Of a stretch of DNA of 64,000 bases, positions 8,466 to 17,826 are shown piece by piece. Position 1 is the first letter of the stretch. Every line of letters starts with the position of its first letter. Location of the stretch: contig CAYQTT010000005.1 of assembly GCA_964420555.1 (NCBI GenBank), positions 151,613 to 215,612 on the forward strand, read 5' to 3'. A program made the translations under genes and the position numbers. Below the pieces are notes generated by a model. It did not search any database and was not told the origin of the DNA. It saw nothing but the letters and a program-made list of their open reading frames with translations. The stretch comes from an uncultured Lentimicrobiaceae bacterium (GTDB taxonomy: Bacteria > Bacteroidota > Bacteroidia > Bacteroidales > UBA4417).

Positions 8466-9665
8466 ATGTTACCACGCGTTAAAATTGATTTTTCAAACGG
8501 CGCTCTCGGGCAGGTTTCGGCCTCCGCTGACGGCGTTATCGGCGTCCTCTTCACAGGGGTGCCTGTTGTTGGTAAGTTTGTGCTGAATACGCCGTATAAG
8601 GTCACAAAATTTGCTGACATTACCGATACACTCGGGATGACTGCCATTAACAATCCGGGAGCGTATAAGCTGTTTACCGAGCTGTTCAATCAGAGCGGCG
8701 ACGGCATTGAACTGTGGCTTTGCGGTTTCGCTGACACAGTTACCCTTACCACCATGTGTACACTGGCAACCGCCAATGGCCTTCAGCAACTGTTGATTGC
8801 CGCTAACGGTAAAATCCGCACAGTTATCGTACACCGTACCCCGGCTGTTGGTTATGTGGCAACCGTTACCAACGGAATTGACCAGGATGTTTATACAGCA
8901 GTGGCACAGGCTCAAATTGCCGGTGTGTGGGCTGCTGATACGCTTAAAGCGCCTGTATTGGTGCTGGTAGCCGGTCTTTACTATTCCGGGGTTCCGGCGA
9001 ACCTTACCGACCTGGTAACACTCACCAACAACCGTGTTGGTATAATGCTAGGCGATACAGTTACCGGCAACGGCTGCGCCATCGGAATACTTGCCGGTAA
9101 ACTGGCAATTGCTCCGGTTCAGCGCAATATAGGCAGGGTAAAAGACGGCGCTGTTTTAGGCGTTGTTGCAGCTTATCATGCCGCAATTTTAATTGAGCGC
9201 TCCGATATAGCCTCGGTACACGACAAAGGGTTTATTACCCTGCGTACTCACGTGGGCCGCTCCGGTTACTTCTTCAATGATGATCCGCTGTGCGCCCCGG
9301 TAACCGATGATTACAATCATGTTACTGCCAGGCGAACTGTAGACAAGGCTTACCGGATAGCTTACGATACCCTGATTAACGAGGTGCTGGACGAGGTTCC
9401 GGTTACTGACCAGGGTAAAATATCGGTAAGCTTCGCCAAGAGCCTTGAAAACAAGGTTGAAAGCGCAATCATCAACAGTATGACCGCTAATAGTGAGCTG
9501 GGTAACGATCCAGCCAATCAGAACGATCGCGGCGTGATTGCTTTTGTTAATTACGATCAGAACATTGTTGCCACCGGCCAGGTGAATATGACTCTTAAGG
9601 TTAAGCCCTACGGCTATGCCAGGTACATTACAGTTCAGTTAGGATTTAAAACCATAACCGCTTAA
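8466..9665 (+). CDS. Tail sheath protein (putative)
   Basis: 399 aa, first of the sheath - tube - chaperone - tape measure order. Called from position and size. Confidence 0.55.
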   Translation: MLPRVKIDFSNGALGQVSASADGVIGVLFTGVPVVGKFVLNTPYKVTKFADITDTLGMTAINNPGAYKLFTELFNQSGDGIELWLCGFADTVTLTTMCTLATANGLQQLLIAANGKIRTVIVHRTPAVGYVATVTNGIDQDVYTAVAQAQIAGVWAADTLKAPVLVLVAGLYYSGVPANLTDLVTLTNNRVGIMLGDTVTGNGCAIGILAGKLAIAPVQRNIGRVKDGAVLGVVAAYHAAILIERSDIASVHDKGFITLRTHVGRSGYFFNDDPLCAPVTDDYNHVTARRTVDKAYRIAYDTLINEVLDEVPVTDQGKISVSFAKSLENKVESAIINSMTANSELGNDPANQNDRGVIAFVNYDQNIVATGQVNMTLKVKPYGYARYITVQLGFKTITA

Positions 9666-9667
9666 TC

Positions 9668-10081
9668 ATGTTCAATTCGAATCAATATGCATGGAGCGAT
9701 CTTACGCTCGAGCTCGGCGGCAAAGTAGTTACCGGATTCCGTGGGCTGAAGTATGCGACCAAGCAGGAAAAAGAGTTACTGCACGGCAAGGGTAACAGAC
9801 CCCTGAGCATACAGCGCGGTAACATTACCCATGAGGGTGAGATCACCATGCTCCAGTCGGAACTGGAAACACTTCGCCTTGCTGGCGGCGGATCAATACT
9901 CGGTCTGCGCCTCGACGGTACAGCCGTTTATGGCGATCCTGCTAATGGAGATACAATTATCACTGATAAGATTTTGGGTATTGAGTTTACTGAAGACCCA
10001 AAAGAACTGAAGCAAAATGACAAGTTTATGGAAGTAACCCTTCCGTTCATTTGCTTAGACATCAGGAACCAGGTAGCCTAG
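9668..10081 (+). CDS. Tail tube protein (putative)
   Basis: 137 aa, directly downstream of the sheath candidate and followed by a strong terminator. Confidence 0.5.
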   Translation: MFNSNQYAWSDLTLELGGKVVTGFRGLKYATKQEKELLHGKGNRPLSIQRGNITHEGEITMLQSELETLRLAGGGSILGLRLDGTAVYGDPANGDTIITDKILGIEFTEDPKELKQNDKFMEVTLPFICLDIRNQVA

Positions 10082-10113
10082 TGAATAGTTAATAGTGAAT
10101 AGTGAATAACCCG

Positions 10114-10159
10114 AAAGGCTATCATGTTCCTGATGCCGGGAAAATGATAGCCTTTTTTT
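10114..10159 (+). terminator. Intrinsic terminator/attenuator after the tube gene
   Basis: AAGGCTATCAT (10115..10125) pairs with ATGATAGCCTT (10144..10154). An 18-nt loop separates the arms and a T-run follows, ending at 10159. Confidence 0.7.
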
Positions 10160-10176
10160 AAACAAACAAACAAACA

Positions 10177-10491
10177 ATGTCGAAAGTAATTGCATTAATC
10201 GGACAGGCCACTCCTGAACAAATTGAAGAGTGGAAAAAGAAACACGGAAAGGTGTGGGCTATTATAGTTGGCGGCCACATTTGCTATATCCGGAAGCCAA
10301 ATAGAGCCGAGTTATCCTACTCAGCTACGGTGAGCCAGAATAACCCGTTGAAGGGTAATGAAGTATTGCTAAAGGCAACCTGGCTTGGCGGAAGCGAGGC
10401 GGTGCAAACCGAGGATGAACTGTTTTTTGGCGCATCGGCAAAACTGGCAGATCTGATTACAGTAAAAGAGGCCGAGCTTATAAATTTATAA
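10177..10491 (+). CDS. Tail assembly chaperone (short, in-frame product)
   Basis: 104 aa, located between the tube and tape measure genes. Confidence 0.6.
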   Translation: MSKVIALIGQATPEQIEEWKKKHGKVWAIIVGGHICYIRKPNRAELSYSATVSQNNPLKGNEVLLKATWLGGSEAVQTEDELFFGASAKLADLITVKEAELINL

Positions 10492-10649
10492 GTAGCGTAC
10501 CGGGGAAAATAGAGGCGAATTGGGTGGGGTATATGAACACCATGCTTGAGTATCATTTACACATCGCCCCAGGTACGCTTACTGATGAGGAATGGGCTGA
10601 AAAGATAAGCCAGTTAGCCGATATACGAAAAAAGGAGAATGGGGGCTAA
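10177..10649 (+). CDS. Tail assembly chaperone, -1 frameshift-extended product (join 10177..10428, 10428..10649; predicted)
   Basis: The -1 frame is open from 10419 to the TAA at 10647..10649. The zero frame reads CTG TTT TTT GGC across a T6 run at 10423..10428. The extension ends ..MNTMLEYHLHIAPGTLTDEEWAEKISQLADIRKKENGG. Confidence 0.45.
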
Positions 10650-10759
10650 CGCTTCCTGGAAAAGAAAGAGGTGATAATCATTTCGAGCACGGCATAAGCT
10701 TTATAGATAATATAAGCCGTAGCCGCTACAACCAGTGAAGAAATAATAAGCGATGCCAT
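10646..10759 (-). CDS. Antisense 37-aa hydrophobic peptide (MASLIISSLVVAATAYIIYKAYAVLEMIITSFFSRKR), speculative moron
   Basis: My own translation; the ORF is below the ORF-track size cutoff. It has an ATG start, one TM-length hydrophobic stretch and a basic tail. An exact TAnnTTTG box (TATTTTTG, plus coordinates 10776..10783) lies 16 nt upstream of the ATG. Confidence 0.3.
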   Translation of the reverse strand: MASLIISSLVVAATAYIIYKAYAVLEMIITSFFSRKR

Positions 10760-10792
10760 AGTAATTAGTTTTTTGCAAAAATACGCAATTCG

Positions 10793-13012
10793 ATGAGCGA
10801 TACGATCAATTATACGATTAATATTAACGGCAACGCGACCGATGTTCTTGATAGGATAGGGCTACGGTCGGGAGGCGCAACCGCTAAAGTGGACAAGCTC
10901 CGCACCGGGCTTACCAAGTTAGGCGATTGTATGTTCACGCTCAATAATATCAGCTCCGCATTCGATACGATTAACCAATCCATTACTAACACTATACAAC
11001 CGGGTGTTGATTATAACAAGTCGCTAACCGATTTGTCGGCCATAACCAATGTAACCGGCAAAAAATTGCAGGATATAGGTGTTTATGCCAGGCAAAACGC
11101 AAAAGTATTTGGCGGGAGCGCAGCTCAGGGATTAGAGAGTTATAAACTAATACTTTCCAAATTAGGCCCCGAAATAGCTAACGTACCTGAAGCATTGCAA
11201 GCGATGGGTAAAAATGTTAGTATCCTATCGAAAACAATGGGCGGGGACACGGTAGCCGCTGCTGATGTGCTTACAACGGCTATGAACCAGTTTCAGGTAT
11301 CGTTGGACGATCCGGCCAAGGCTAGTAAGGTTATGACTGACATGATGAATGTTATGGCAGCCGCTGCACAAGCCGGAAGCGCTGAGCTACCGGAGATAAA
11401 AGCCGCTTTAGAGCAATCAGGTATGGCCGCTAAAAATGCAGGCGTATCGTTCGAAGAGGCTAACGCGGCTATACAGGTACTTGACAAGGCCGGAAAGCGT
11501 GGAGCTGAAGGCGGTATTGCCTTACGTAATGCGCTGAGCATAATGGGCGAGGGTAGGTTTATGCCCGAAAAAACACAAAGCGCACTAAAGACAGCCGGTA
11601 TTGATGTGAACGCACTCGGCAATAAAAGTTTGACGTTGGCAGACAGGTTAAGGCTTTTGCAGCCGGTAATGAACGATACCGCACTGATGAGCCAGATATT
11701 TGGCCGCGAAAACGCGAATGCCGGTATTGCGCTTTTGGCTGGCGTTGGTCAGATTGATGAATATACAGCTGCAATTACAAATACAAATTCGGCGCAGGAG
11801 CAGGCGCAGATAGTGATGGGCAGTTACCAGGAAAAAATGAACCGATTAAAAGCCAGGTTTGATGATTTGAAGATAAGCTTCTTCAACATGTCGAAGGATG
11901 TTTTACCCGGTTTGCAGGCTGCATTTTATGGCCTTCAGTCGATAACGGTAGTCGGTACAGTTATTAATTCAATAGCCTGTATTGGTGAAACGGCACTTGG
12001 TAAAGCTATAGCAACGCGAACAAAAAAAATGTGGCAGGCGGTTACTGCGCAATGGGCTTTGGTAAGTTCGGGCGGCACGTGGATGGGAGCCGCTTTTACG
12101 CTTGCAGGTGTTAACCTTTTAGTAGCAGCCTCGTTTAAAGCTATCGGGAAAGCCATTTACGGTATTCCTATAATTGGATGGATAGCAGCCGGAATAAGCC
12201 TGCTTATTGGAGTGTTTACACTACTGTGGAATAAAAGCGAAAAATTCAGGCAGGTAGTGTTTGGTGTATGGGAAGTTGTTAAGGCGGTGTTCTACAATAT
12301 AGGCGTTGTTATAACAACTTTGTGGGACAATATCATTAAACCGTACTTCACTTTTATTTATGATTTATGGAAAACCATAATTAACGGAATTATTGATGTG
12401 GCCACCTGGTTATGGGATGGCATTGTTGGCGTATTTACGTCAATAATACAAGGCATTGTAAGCGCATGGAACTGGATAACGGGTATATTTGGGGGAGTGG
12501 CCGGCTGGCTCGACACAAATTTGCTTTCGCCCATAAAAGGGGTTTTTTCGAGTGTATGGGATTTTGTTAGCGGTATATTCGAGGATATATTAGGCGCATT
12601 AGGGGCCATTGTTGAGCCTATAAAAATTTTATGGAACAAGATATTCCCTAAAGACAAGTTCAAGGATATTAACGTAGCCTACAAGGTAGGGGTTGAAAAA
12701 GGAAGTGAGTCGTGGGCTAATGATCACCCAGGAAAGGGAAGTGACGGTAGCTTAATTGGAGGAATTGCAGGTGTAAAATTGCCTGGGTTGGATTTATCTG
12801 AAGAAACTAAAGGTAAGCCAAAGCCGCCCGCTGCAACAGCCGATGCTATCAGCTCCGGAGGAACCCGCAATAGTACTATACAGATCACTTTCAAAAATAT
12901 GGTTGAAAATATTGTGTTCGACGGATCGCTCGCTACCAAGCGGGCAGACCTGGAGGCGGAAATAAAGAGTGTAATGAGTAGAGTTTTAGGAATGGCCCAA
13001 AGTACAGCATAA
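10793..13012 (+). CDS. Tail tape measure protein
   Basis: 739 aa. Ala-rich helical N-terminal half with a TMP-core-like stretch (ELPEIKAALEQSGMAAKNAGVSFEEANAAIQVLDKAGKRGAEGGIALRNAL) and hydrophobic Gly/Ile/Trp-rich central segments. Confidence 0.85.
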   Translation: MSDTINYTININGNATDVLDRIGLRSGGATAKVDKLRTGLTKLGDCMFTLNNISSAFDTINQSITNTIQPGVDYNKSLTDLSAITNVTGKKLQDIGVYARQNAKVFGGSAAQGLESYKLILSKLGPEIANVPEALQAMGKNVSILSKTMGGDTVAAADVLTTAMNQFQVSLDDPAKASKVMTDMMNVMAAAAQAGSAELPEIKAALEQSGMAAKNAGVSFEEANAAIQVLDKAGKRGAEGGIALRNALSIMGEGRFMPEKTQSALKTAGIDVNALGNKSLTLADRLRLLQPVMNDTALMSQIFGRENANAGIALLAGVGQIDEYTAAITNTNSAQEQAQIVMGSYQEKMNRLKARFDDLKISFFNMSKDVLPGLQAAFYGLQSITVVGTVINSIACIGETALGKAIATRTKKMWQAVTAQWALVSSGGTWMGAAFTLAGVNLLVAASFKAIGKAIYGIPIIGWIAAGISLLIGVFTLLWNKSEKFRQVVFGVWEVVKAVFYNIGVVITTLWDNIIKPYFTFIYDLWKTIINGIIDVATWLWDGIVGVFTSIIQGIVSAWNWITGIFGGVAGWLDTNLLSPIKGVFSSVWDFVSGIFEDILGALGAIVEPIKILWNKIFPKDKFKDINVAYKVGVEKGSESWANDHPGKGSDGSLIGGIAGVKLPGLDLSEETKGKPKPPAATADAISSGGTRNSTIQITFKNMVENIVFDGSLATKRADLEAEIKSVMSRVLGMAQSTA

Positions 13013-13533
13013 TGGACAGAAACCCGGTTATAGGATTTGCATTACCTCCGTTTGTCTTCAGTGGCAAGTCGGTGGTAATTATTGATAAGGGTACAATGAA
13101 CGTTGACGGTTATAACGCTTCCGGCAATCAGTTCCCACTTACCCTCCGGGCTGATGGTCTTTCGGACTTCACTTTCCCGCTCGATCCGATTATAAGCCTC
13201 AGTTTTAAAAACATCATAACCAAACGCACGGTTGCCAAAGGTAAAAACCGTGGTACCGTAAAAGAGCGATGGACTGAGGACGATGTGGAAATTAGCATTT
13301 CGGGTGTATTCATTTCAAAAGATGGCGAATACCCAACAGAAGTAAATCAGCTGCGCGCTTTCTTCGCCCAGCACAAAGCCATTGAAGTAATTTGCGATCA
13401 CCTGAACCAGCGCGATATTCATCAGATCGTAATCGAAAAATTAAGCCTGCCACACACAAAAGGCAGCGAAAACCAAGCCTTTGAAATTGATGCCGTTTCT
13501 GATGATGTATTTCAACTCCTAATCGAAAGCTAA
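13012..13533 (+). CDS. Tail/baseplate-associated protein of unknown function
   Basis: 173 aa. The start overlaps the tape measure stop by 1 nt. The position corresponds to Mu N / P2 U-like proteins. Confidence 0.45.
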   Translation: MDRNPVIGFALPPFVFSGKSVVIIDKGTMNVDGYNASGNQFPLTLRADGLSDFTFPLDPIISLSFKNIITKRTVAKGKNRGTVKERWTEDDVEISISGVFISKDGEYPTEVNQLRAFFAQHKAIEVICDHLNQRDIHQIVIEKLSLPHTKGSENQAFEIDAVSDDVFQLLIES

Positions 13534-14480
13534 TGTTCGACATAACCTGGGAAATAACTGTAGGTAAGTATAAGCTTATGATGCTCGACAACGCAACGAT
13601 CATGCGTTCGGTCGAGCAATTGAGCGATACTGCCGAAATAGTACTTCCCGGATCATGTTTTAACAAAGCAATTGAAATTGAGAAATCAATAAAGCGGGGT
13701 GATGCGGTTACGATTAATGCCGGTTACGACGGTAAGAATGAAACTGAGTTCACAGGGTACCTGGAAGCGATCGCCACCGATGACGGTGCAATTACCCTGA
13801 AGTGCGAGGATGGAATTTACAATTTTAGGAAGCCTGTAAAAGACAAGGAATTTACCAAGCCGGATGTAAAAGAGATCCTAAACTATATATGCTCAGAAAT
13901 AGGCGGTTACTCGCTCAGCTGCGACTACTCTTTTACCTATGATAAATACGTGATCCGGGGTAATACCGGGCATGATATACTGAAGAAAATTCAGGAAGAA
14001 ACAAAAGCCAATATTTACCTGAAGGAAAAAGTTCTGCATGTTCATCCCCAGTACAAAGAAATTTTTGGAACGGCAAAATACTCTTTCCAGGATAACATTG
14101 AAAAAAGTGACCTGGAGTATAGAAGTAAAGAAGATCGCCCCTATGAAGTAACTGTGGAAGGTAAGGGAGCTGACGGTAAAGTGATCAGGGTTACTTCCGG
14201 GAACAAAGGGGGCGACTCCGAAACCATAAAGCGCGACGGTGTGAGCGACATAGGATCACTCACCACATTAGCCGAAGAGGTTGCAAAGCGCAAAAGTTAT
14301 ACCGGGTATTCCGGGAGCTTCACCGGCTGGCTTGTTCCCTGGTGCGATGCCGGGTACAAAGTAAGCTTGACGGATGAGGATTATGAGTTTAAGAACGGCG
14401 ATTATTACGTGCTTTCGGTTGAAACGAAAATAAGCAAATCGGGTGGCGAACGGACGGTTAAAATCGGGATGAAGATATGA
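13533..14480 (+). CDS. Baseplate hub / late control D-like tail protein (Mu P / P2 gpD-like, putative)
   Basis: 315 aa, in the position after the tape measure module and translationally coupled on both sides. Confidence 0.5.
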   Translation: MFDITWEITVGKYKLMMLDNATIMRSVEQLSDTAEIVLPGSCFNKAIEIEKSIKRGDAVTINAGYDGKNETEFTGYLEAIATDDGAITLKCEDGIYNFRKPVKDKEFTKPDVKEILNYICSEIGGYSLSCDYSFTYDKYVIRGNTGHDILKKIQEETKANIYLKEKVLHVHPQYKEIFGTAKYSFQDNIEKSDLEYRSKEDRPYEVTVEGKGADGKVIRVTSGNKGGDSETIKRDGVSDIGSLTTLAEEVAKRKSYTGYSGSFTGWLVPWCDAGYKVSLTDEDYEFKNGDYYVLSVETKISKSGGERTVKIGMKI

Positions 14481-14986
14481 GCGACAAGATAGCTGAAATA
14501 CGCGAACAGATACAGCGCATTGCCGGAACTTACAAACCTGGTGATGTTGCTTTTGTTGCTGAAGTAACCGCAGTTACCGATACCGATTGCACTGTGAAGC
14601 TGGGAGAACTGGAACTTACAAAGGTTAGGCTGTTCAGCCAGGCAACTGAAGCCGGTAACATACTATTCAAGCCGAAAGTAGGCAGCATGGTAACCGTGGC
14701 TGACTTCAGCTCCGGGAAGCTTCGCGACCTGCAAGTGATCAGTTGCGATAAGATCACACTGATAAAGTTTGTTGAAAACGGCCTTACCATTGAAATTGAC
14801 AGCGAAACAAAAAAGCTTGATATCAAGAACGATCAGGTGGGAATGAAGGATTTGTTCCAGGCTATTGCCGATATCGTGAAGCAACTTACCGTATCAACTC
14901 CAGCTGGCCCGTCAGGAACTCCGCTGCCTCCCACATTAGCTTCAGTAACTCAATTTGAAACAGATTTTAAATTGCTTTTAAAATAG
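14477..14986 (+). CDS. Baseplate spike / assembly protein V-like (putative)
   Basis: 169 aa with an OB-fold-like N-terminus (GDVAFVAEVTAVTDTDCTVKLGELELTKVRLFS). Gene order matches P2 V / Mu gp45. Confidence 0.45.
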   Translation: MSDKIAEIREQIQRIAGTYKPGDVAFVAEVTAVTDTDCTVKLGELELTKVRLFSQATEAGNILFKPKVGSMVTVADFSSGKLRDLQVISCDKITLIKFVENGLTIEIDSETKKLDIKNDQVGMKDLFQAIADIVKQLTVSTPAGPSGTPLPPTLASVTQFETDFKLLLK

Positions 14987-14992
14987 ACTTAA

Positions 14993-15223
14993 ATGCCACT
15001 TAATAAAGCAGCCCTCAAATCAGGAATACAAGCCCTGGCACAAAATACAGTATCGAACGAAGGTTCTTATGCTGATTTTGCTGACGGACTTGCAAACCTG
15101 ATTGATGCATTTGTGAAATCAGGAACCGTGACGGTTCCGGCAGGTATTGCAGTGGCAACCACCGGAACTGCCGCAGCGCAAACAGGAGCAACCACCGCTC
15201 CGGGAACAGGAACTATATCATGA
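14993..15223 (+). CDS. Small phage protein, Ala/Thr/Gly-rich C-terminus
   Basis: 76-aa ORF inside the coupled baseplate operon. Confidence 0.4.
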   Translation: MPLNKAALKSGIQALAQNTVSNEGSYADFADGLANLIDAFVKSGTVTVPAGIAVATTGTAAAQTGATTAPGTGTIS

Positions 15224-15516
15224 CAAACCACAACGACATATTACTCGATAGCGATTACGATCTACTGGAGAGCGAAGGCGACTTTGTAACCGGTGATGCC
15301 CTGATCCAGCAGCAGGCACTATTGCTTGCAACCGGTGAAGGCGAATGGAAGCAATCGCCGGTGGTTGGTGTGGGTCTTGATATGTTTCTCCTGGATGAAT
15401 CAGAGCTGGAGGCCATGCGTAAAATAAGACAGCAGTTTAAGTCGGACGGCCTGCTGGTTACCCAGCTGAAGAAAACGACTGACGGAAATTTAACAATAGA
15501 AGCCCAACATGCGTAG
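15220..15516 (+). CDS. Baseplate wedge protein, gp25 / gpW-like
   Basis: 98 aa. The LLATGEGEWKQSPVVGVGL segment resembles the L-x-T-x-x-GE...P-x-xG signature of the GPW/gp25 family. Confidence 0.5.
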   Translation: MTNHNDILLDSDYDLLESEGDFVTGDALIQQQALLLATGEGEWKQSPVVGVGLDMFLLDESELEAMRKIRQQFKSDGLLVTQLKKTTDGNLTIEAQHA

Positions 15517-15736
15517 CATTAACAGTAAATCAGGTCAAAGTATATGGGACATCGCCATCCGGCACATGGGCGGTGTTGAATCCGTTTTTCAGCTTTTGCC
15601 ACTTAATCCGGGAATAAGCATCGACGAAACCATACCTGCCGAAACCCTTATTTACCTGCCCGAGGAAGCTGACAGGCAGCGTGTGGTTGATTATTACCAG
15701 CTCAATAGTATTGACCCCTCAACCGGAATAGTATAA
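15509..15736 (+). CDS. Tail protein X-like (LysM-like fold)
   Basis: 75 aa. GQSIWDIAIRHMGGVESVFQLLPLNPGISIDETIPAETLIYLP parallels the P2 gpX pattern (GDTLDAI..YYG....VL.ANPGL.....LP.GT.V.LP). Confidence 0.6.
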   Translation: MRSINSKSGQSIWDIAIRHMGGVESVFQLLPLNPGISIDETIPAETLIYLPEEADRQRVVDYYQLNSIDPSTGIV

Positions 15737-16599
15737 TGGCACGGACAATAGCAGAAATATATGATTCGCTCAATTTGGTTAAAGGTAACATGAGCGAACT
15801 GGGCATTTATGTGAATAACGATGCCGAAAGCGTGGATACCGCCAAGAAACTTGTTAACGATGTACGCACGGCTGCTAAGGTAGCTATTTGGCGTTTGTGG
15901 CTTTGGATTGTGGCCGTAGCTTCGTGGACTATCGAAAACCTACAGGACACACATGAGGCAGCAATCAGGGCAATAATAGCAGCTGATAAGCCTCATACAC
16001 TTAACTGGTATGCAGGCGAAAGCAAGAAATTTCAGTACGGCCATGTGATTACCTGGTTAACTGATCATTTCGGATACGCTGTGATAGATGAGGCGGCTCA
16101 GATAGTGAAATACTCAGCAGCGATTGAGAATGCCGGGGGCGGTGTTACTATTAAGTCGATGAAGGAAGGCCGGGTGATACTCACAGCTGAGGAGCTTAAC
16201 GCACTGAAGGCCTTCTGGGCGAAATGGAAAGATGCCGGTGTGGTGCTGACATGCATAAGTCAGTCGGTTAATCTGATTGACTTTACTGTAACCATTTACA
16301 GGAACCGGAGCATCCTGAATGCTGATAATACTTTAATAGCTGATCCAACCAAAAACGCAGTAACCGACCCGGCAAACGCTTACGTAGAATCCATTGATTT
16401 TAATGGCACTGTTTATTTGCTCGAGCTGATTCAACAAATCAAAAATCAACCGGGAATTAAAAATGTGATACTGTCAGCTGGTCATATTGACTCAGGAACC
16501 TGGAGCACTGACGGTCTGTGGACTGTTATCCCTGATTCCGGATTCTGCGAAATAGCCTGGGACGATTGCGTAATTACTTACTCCGACGTATATGAGTAA
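15736..16599 (+). CDS. Baseplate wedge protein (J-like, putative)
   Basis: 287 aa, in the position after the W-like and X-like genes. Confidence 0.4.
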   Translation: MARTIAEIYDSLNLVKGNMSELGIYVNNDAESVDTAKKLVNDVRTAAKVAIWRLWLWIVAVASWTIENLQDTHEAAIRAIIAADKPHTLNWYAGESKKFQYGHVITWLTDHFGYAVIDEAAQIVKYSAAIENAGGGVTIKSMKEGRVILTAEELNALKAFWAKWKDAGVVLTCISQSVNLIDFTVTIYRNRSILNADNTLIADPTKNAVTDPANAYVESIDFNGTVYLLELIQQIKNQPGIKNVILSAGHIDSGTWSTDGLWTVIPDSGFCEIAWDDCVITYSDVYE

Positions 16600-17047
16600 T
16601 ACATCACTTTACAGGATATCCATCTTCCACACGCCGTTCATTCTGCGACCGGCTGTTAGGCTGGCAAAGTGGATTAAGCTTATAGTAAGCTATCTACAGT
16701 ACCTCATGCTCAGGCATGAGTTATTTGCTTTTGAAACCAATCTTTGCGCGCATATGACTCCGCAGGTATGTTACCTGGAGAGAATGCTACAGCGCCATAT
16801 TTCGCCCAACGCAGTTATTAACCCAACGGCTGAAGATGTGATACTATGGCGCTCTGATGAGCCTGCCGGGTTTCATGTTTTTATAAACGATACCAGCGGT
16901 CAAATTTTCTATACTGAGAGTGAATTCGGGCTTGCTGAATTTACGGTATTACTTCCCGTTTCGGTAACATCCCTCATAGGATATGCAAGGGAATTACTTG
17001 ATGCATATAAATTACCTGGTACCATTTACACAATCATATTAAGATGA
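16592..17047 (+). CDS. Baseplate/tail-fibre-associated protein (P2 gpI-position, putative)
   Basis: 151 aa, overlapping both neighbours. Confidence 0.35.
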   Translation: MSNTSLYRISIFHTPFILRPAVRLAKWIKLIVSYLQYLMLRHELFAFETNLCAHMTPQVCYLERMLQRHISPNAVINPTAEDVILWRSDEPAGFHVFINDTSGQIFYTESEFGLAEFTVLLPVSVTSLIGYARELLDAYKLPGTIYTIILR

Positions 17048-17805
17048 AAAAAGTATTATTCCTGGCTGGTGGCCAGCCATTCCGGAGCACCGATTTTGAA
17101 GTAATTCAAACCGGCGTTTTAAACACTATAAAACAGGTTCTTGCGGAAGCCACCACCGAAACTGTGATCCTTGCCGGTCTCGAATATGTTGCCCCGATCG
17201 GTGGCACTGATCCGGGAGTACCATTCACTGTACCCGCTGGCTATATATGGGATAGGGAAGAGGTATGCGCGGTGGCTGAATTCACGTATAACTACGATGC
17301 GACTAAGACGCTGTACTTGCGCCGCGCTGATGTGCTCAGTAATCAGAGGTCAATTGCCGGTGTGAATCAATTTGTAATGCAGGAGCGGATATATAGCCTT
17401 GTTTACCTGACTGCACCGCTTGTAGGTGATATTACGTTTGTGGGCAGGAAACGGCTAAGGCTGGTTTCGGAGGTAAACAGTAAGCTGGTGGTTGACACAC
17501 ATGCAGTTCTTTTAAAACCAGGGTACGCTGCAACAACCGGAGACGGTCTGTATTGCTTCCGGAACGGAATAAACGATCGCATGATTAATTGCAGCTTCAC
17601 GGCCAGTGCAGCTAATGGAACGCTGTGCACCCTTCCGGCAGATATGCGCCCGGCTTACGATCTGATTGGGTACTTCAGGGCAGGAAATACCATTCAACCT
17701 ATAACCATAAGAGCTACCGGCGATGTAGAAGTAACCGGCGCTGTAACCTCCGGAACTAATATTATTATGTTCCGGTACCCGGTAGCGATTGATTTCACCA
17801 TTTAA
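17044..17805 (+). CDS. Tail fibre / receptor-binding protein candidate
   Basis: 253 aa, distal to the baseplate genes. No diagnostic motif. Confidence 0.35.
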   Translation: MKKVLFLAGGQPFRSTDFEVIQTGVLNTIKQVLAEATTETVILAGLEYVAPIGGTDPGVPFTVPAGYIWDREEVCAVAEFTYNYDATKTLYLRRADVLSNQRSIAGVNQFVMQERIYSLVYLTAPLVGDITFVGRKRLRLVSEVNSKLVVDTHAVLLKPGYAATTGDGLYCFRNGINDRMINCSFTASAANGTLCTLPADMRPAYDLIGYFRAGNTIQPITIRATGDVEVTGAVTSGTNIIMFRYPVAIDFTI

Positions 17806-17826
17806 AAACCATATAATCCCAAACTA

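Noticed and set aside
7983-8475. Three overlapping ORFs (7983..8237 -, 8141..8437 +, 8188..8475 -) with repetitive translations
   Set aside because: They are created by the 18-bp tandem repeat and lie inside the better-supported 8011..8463 gene. No independent evidence supports them.
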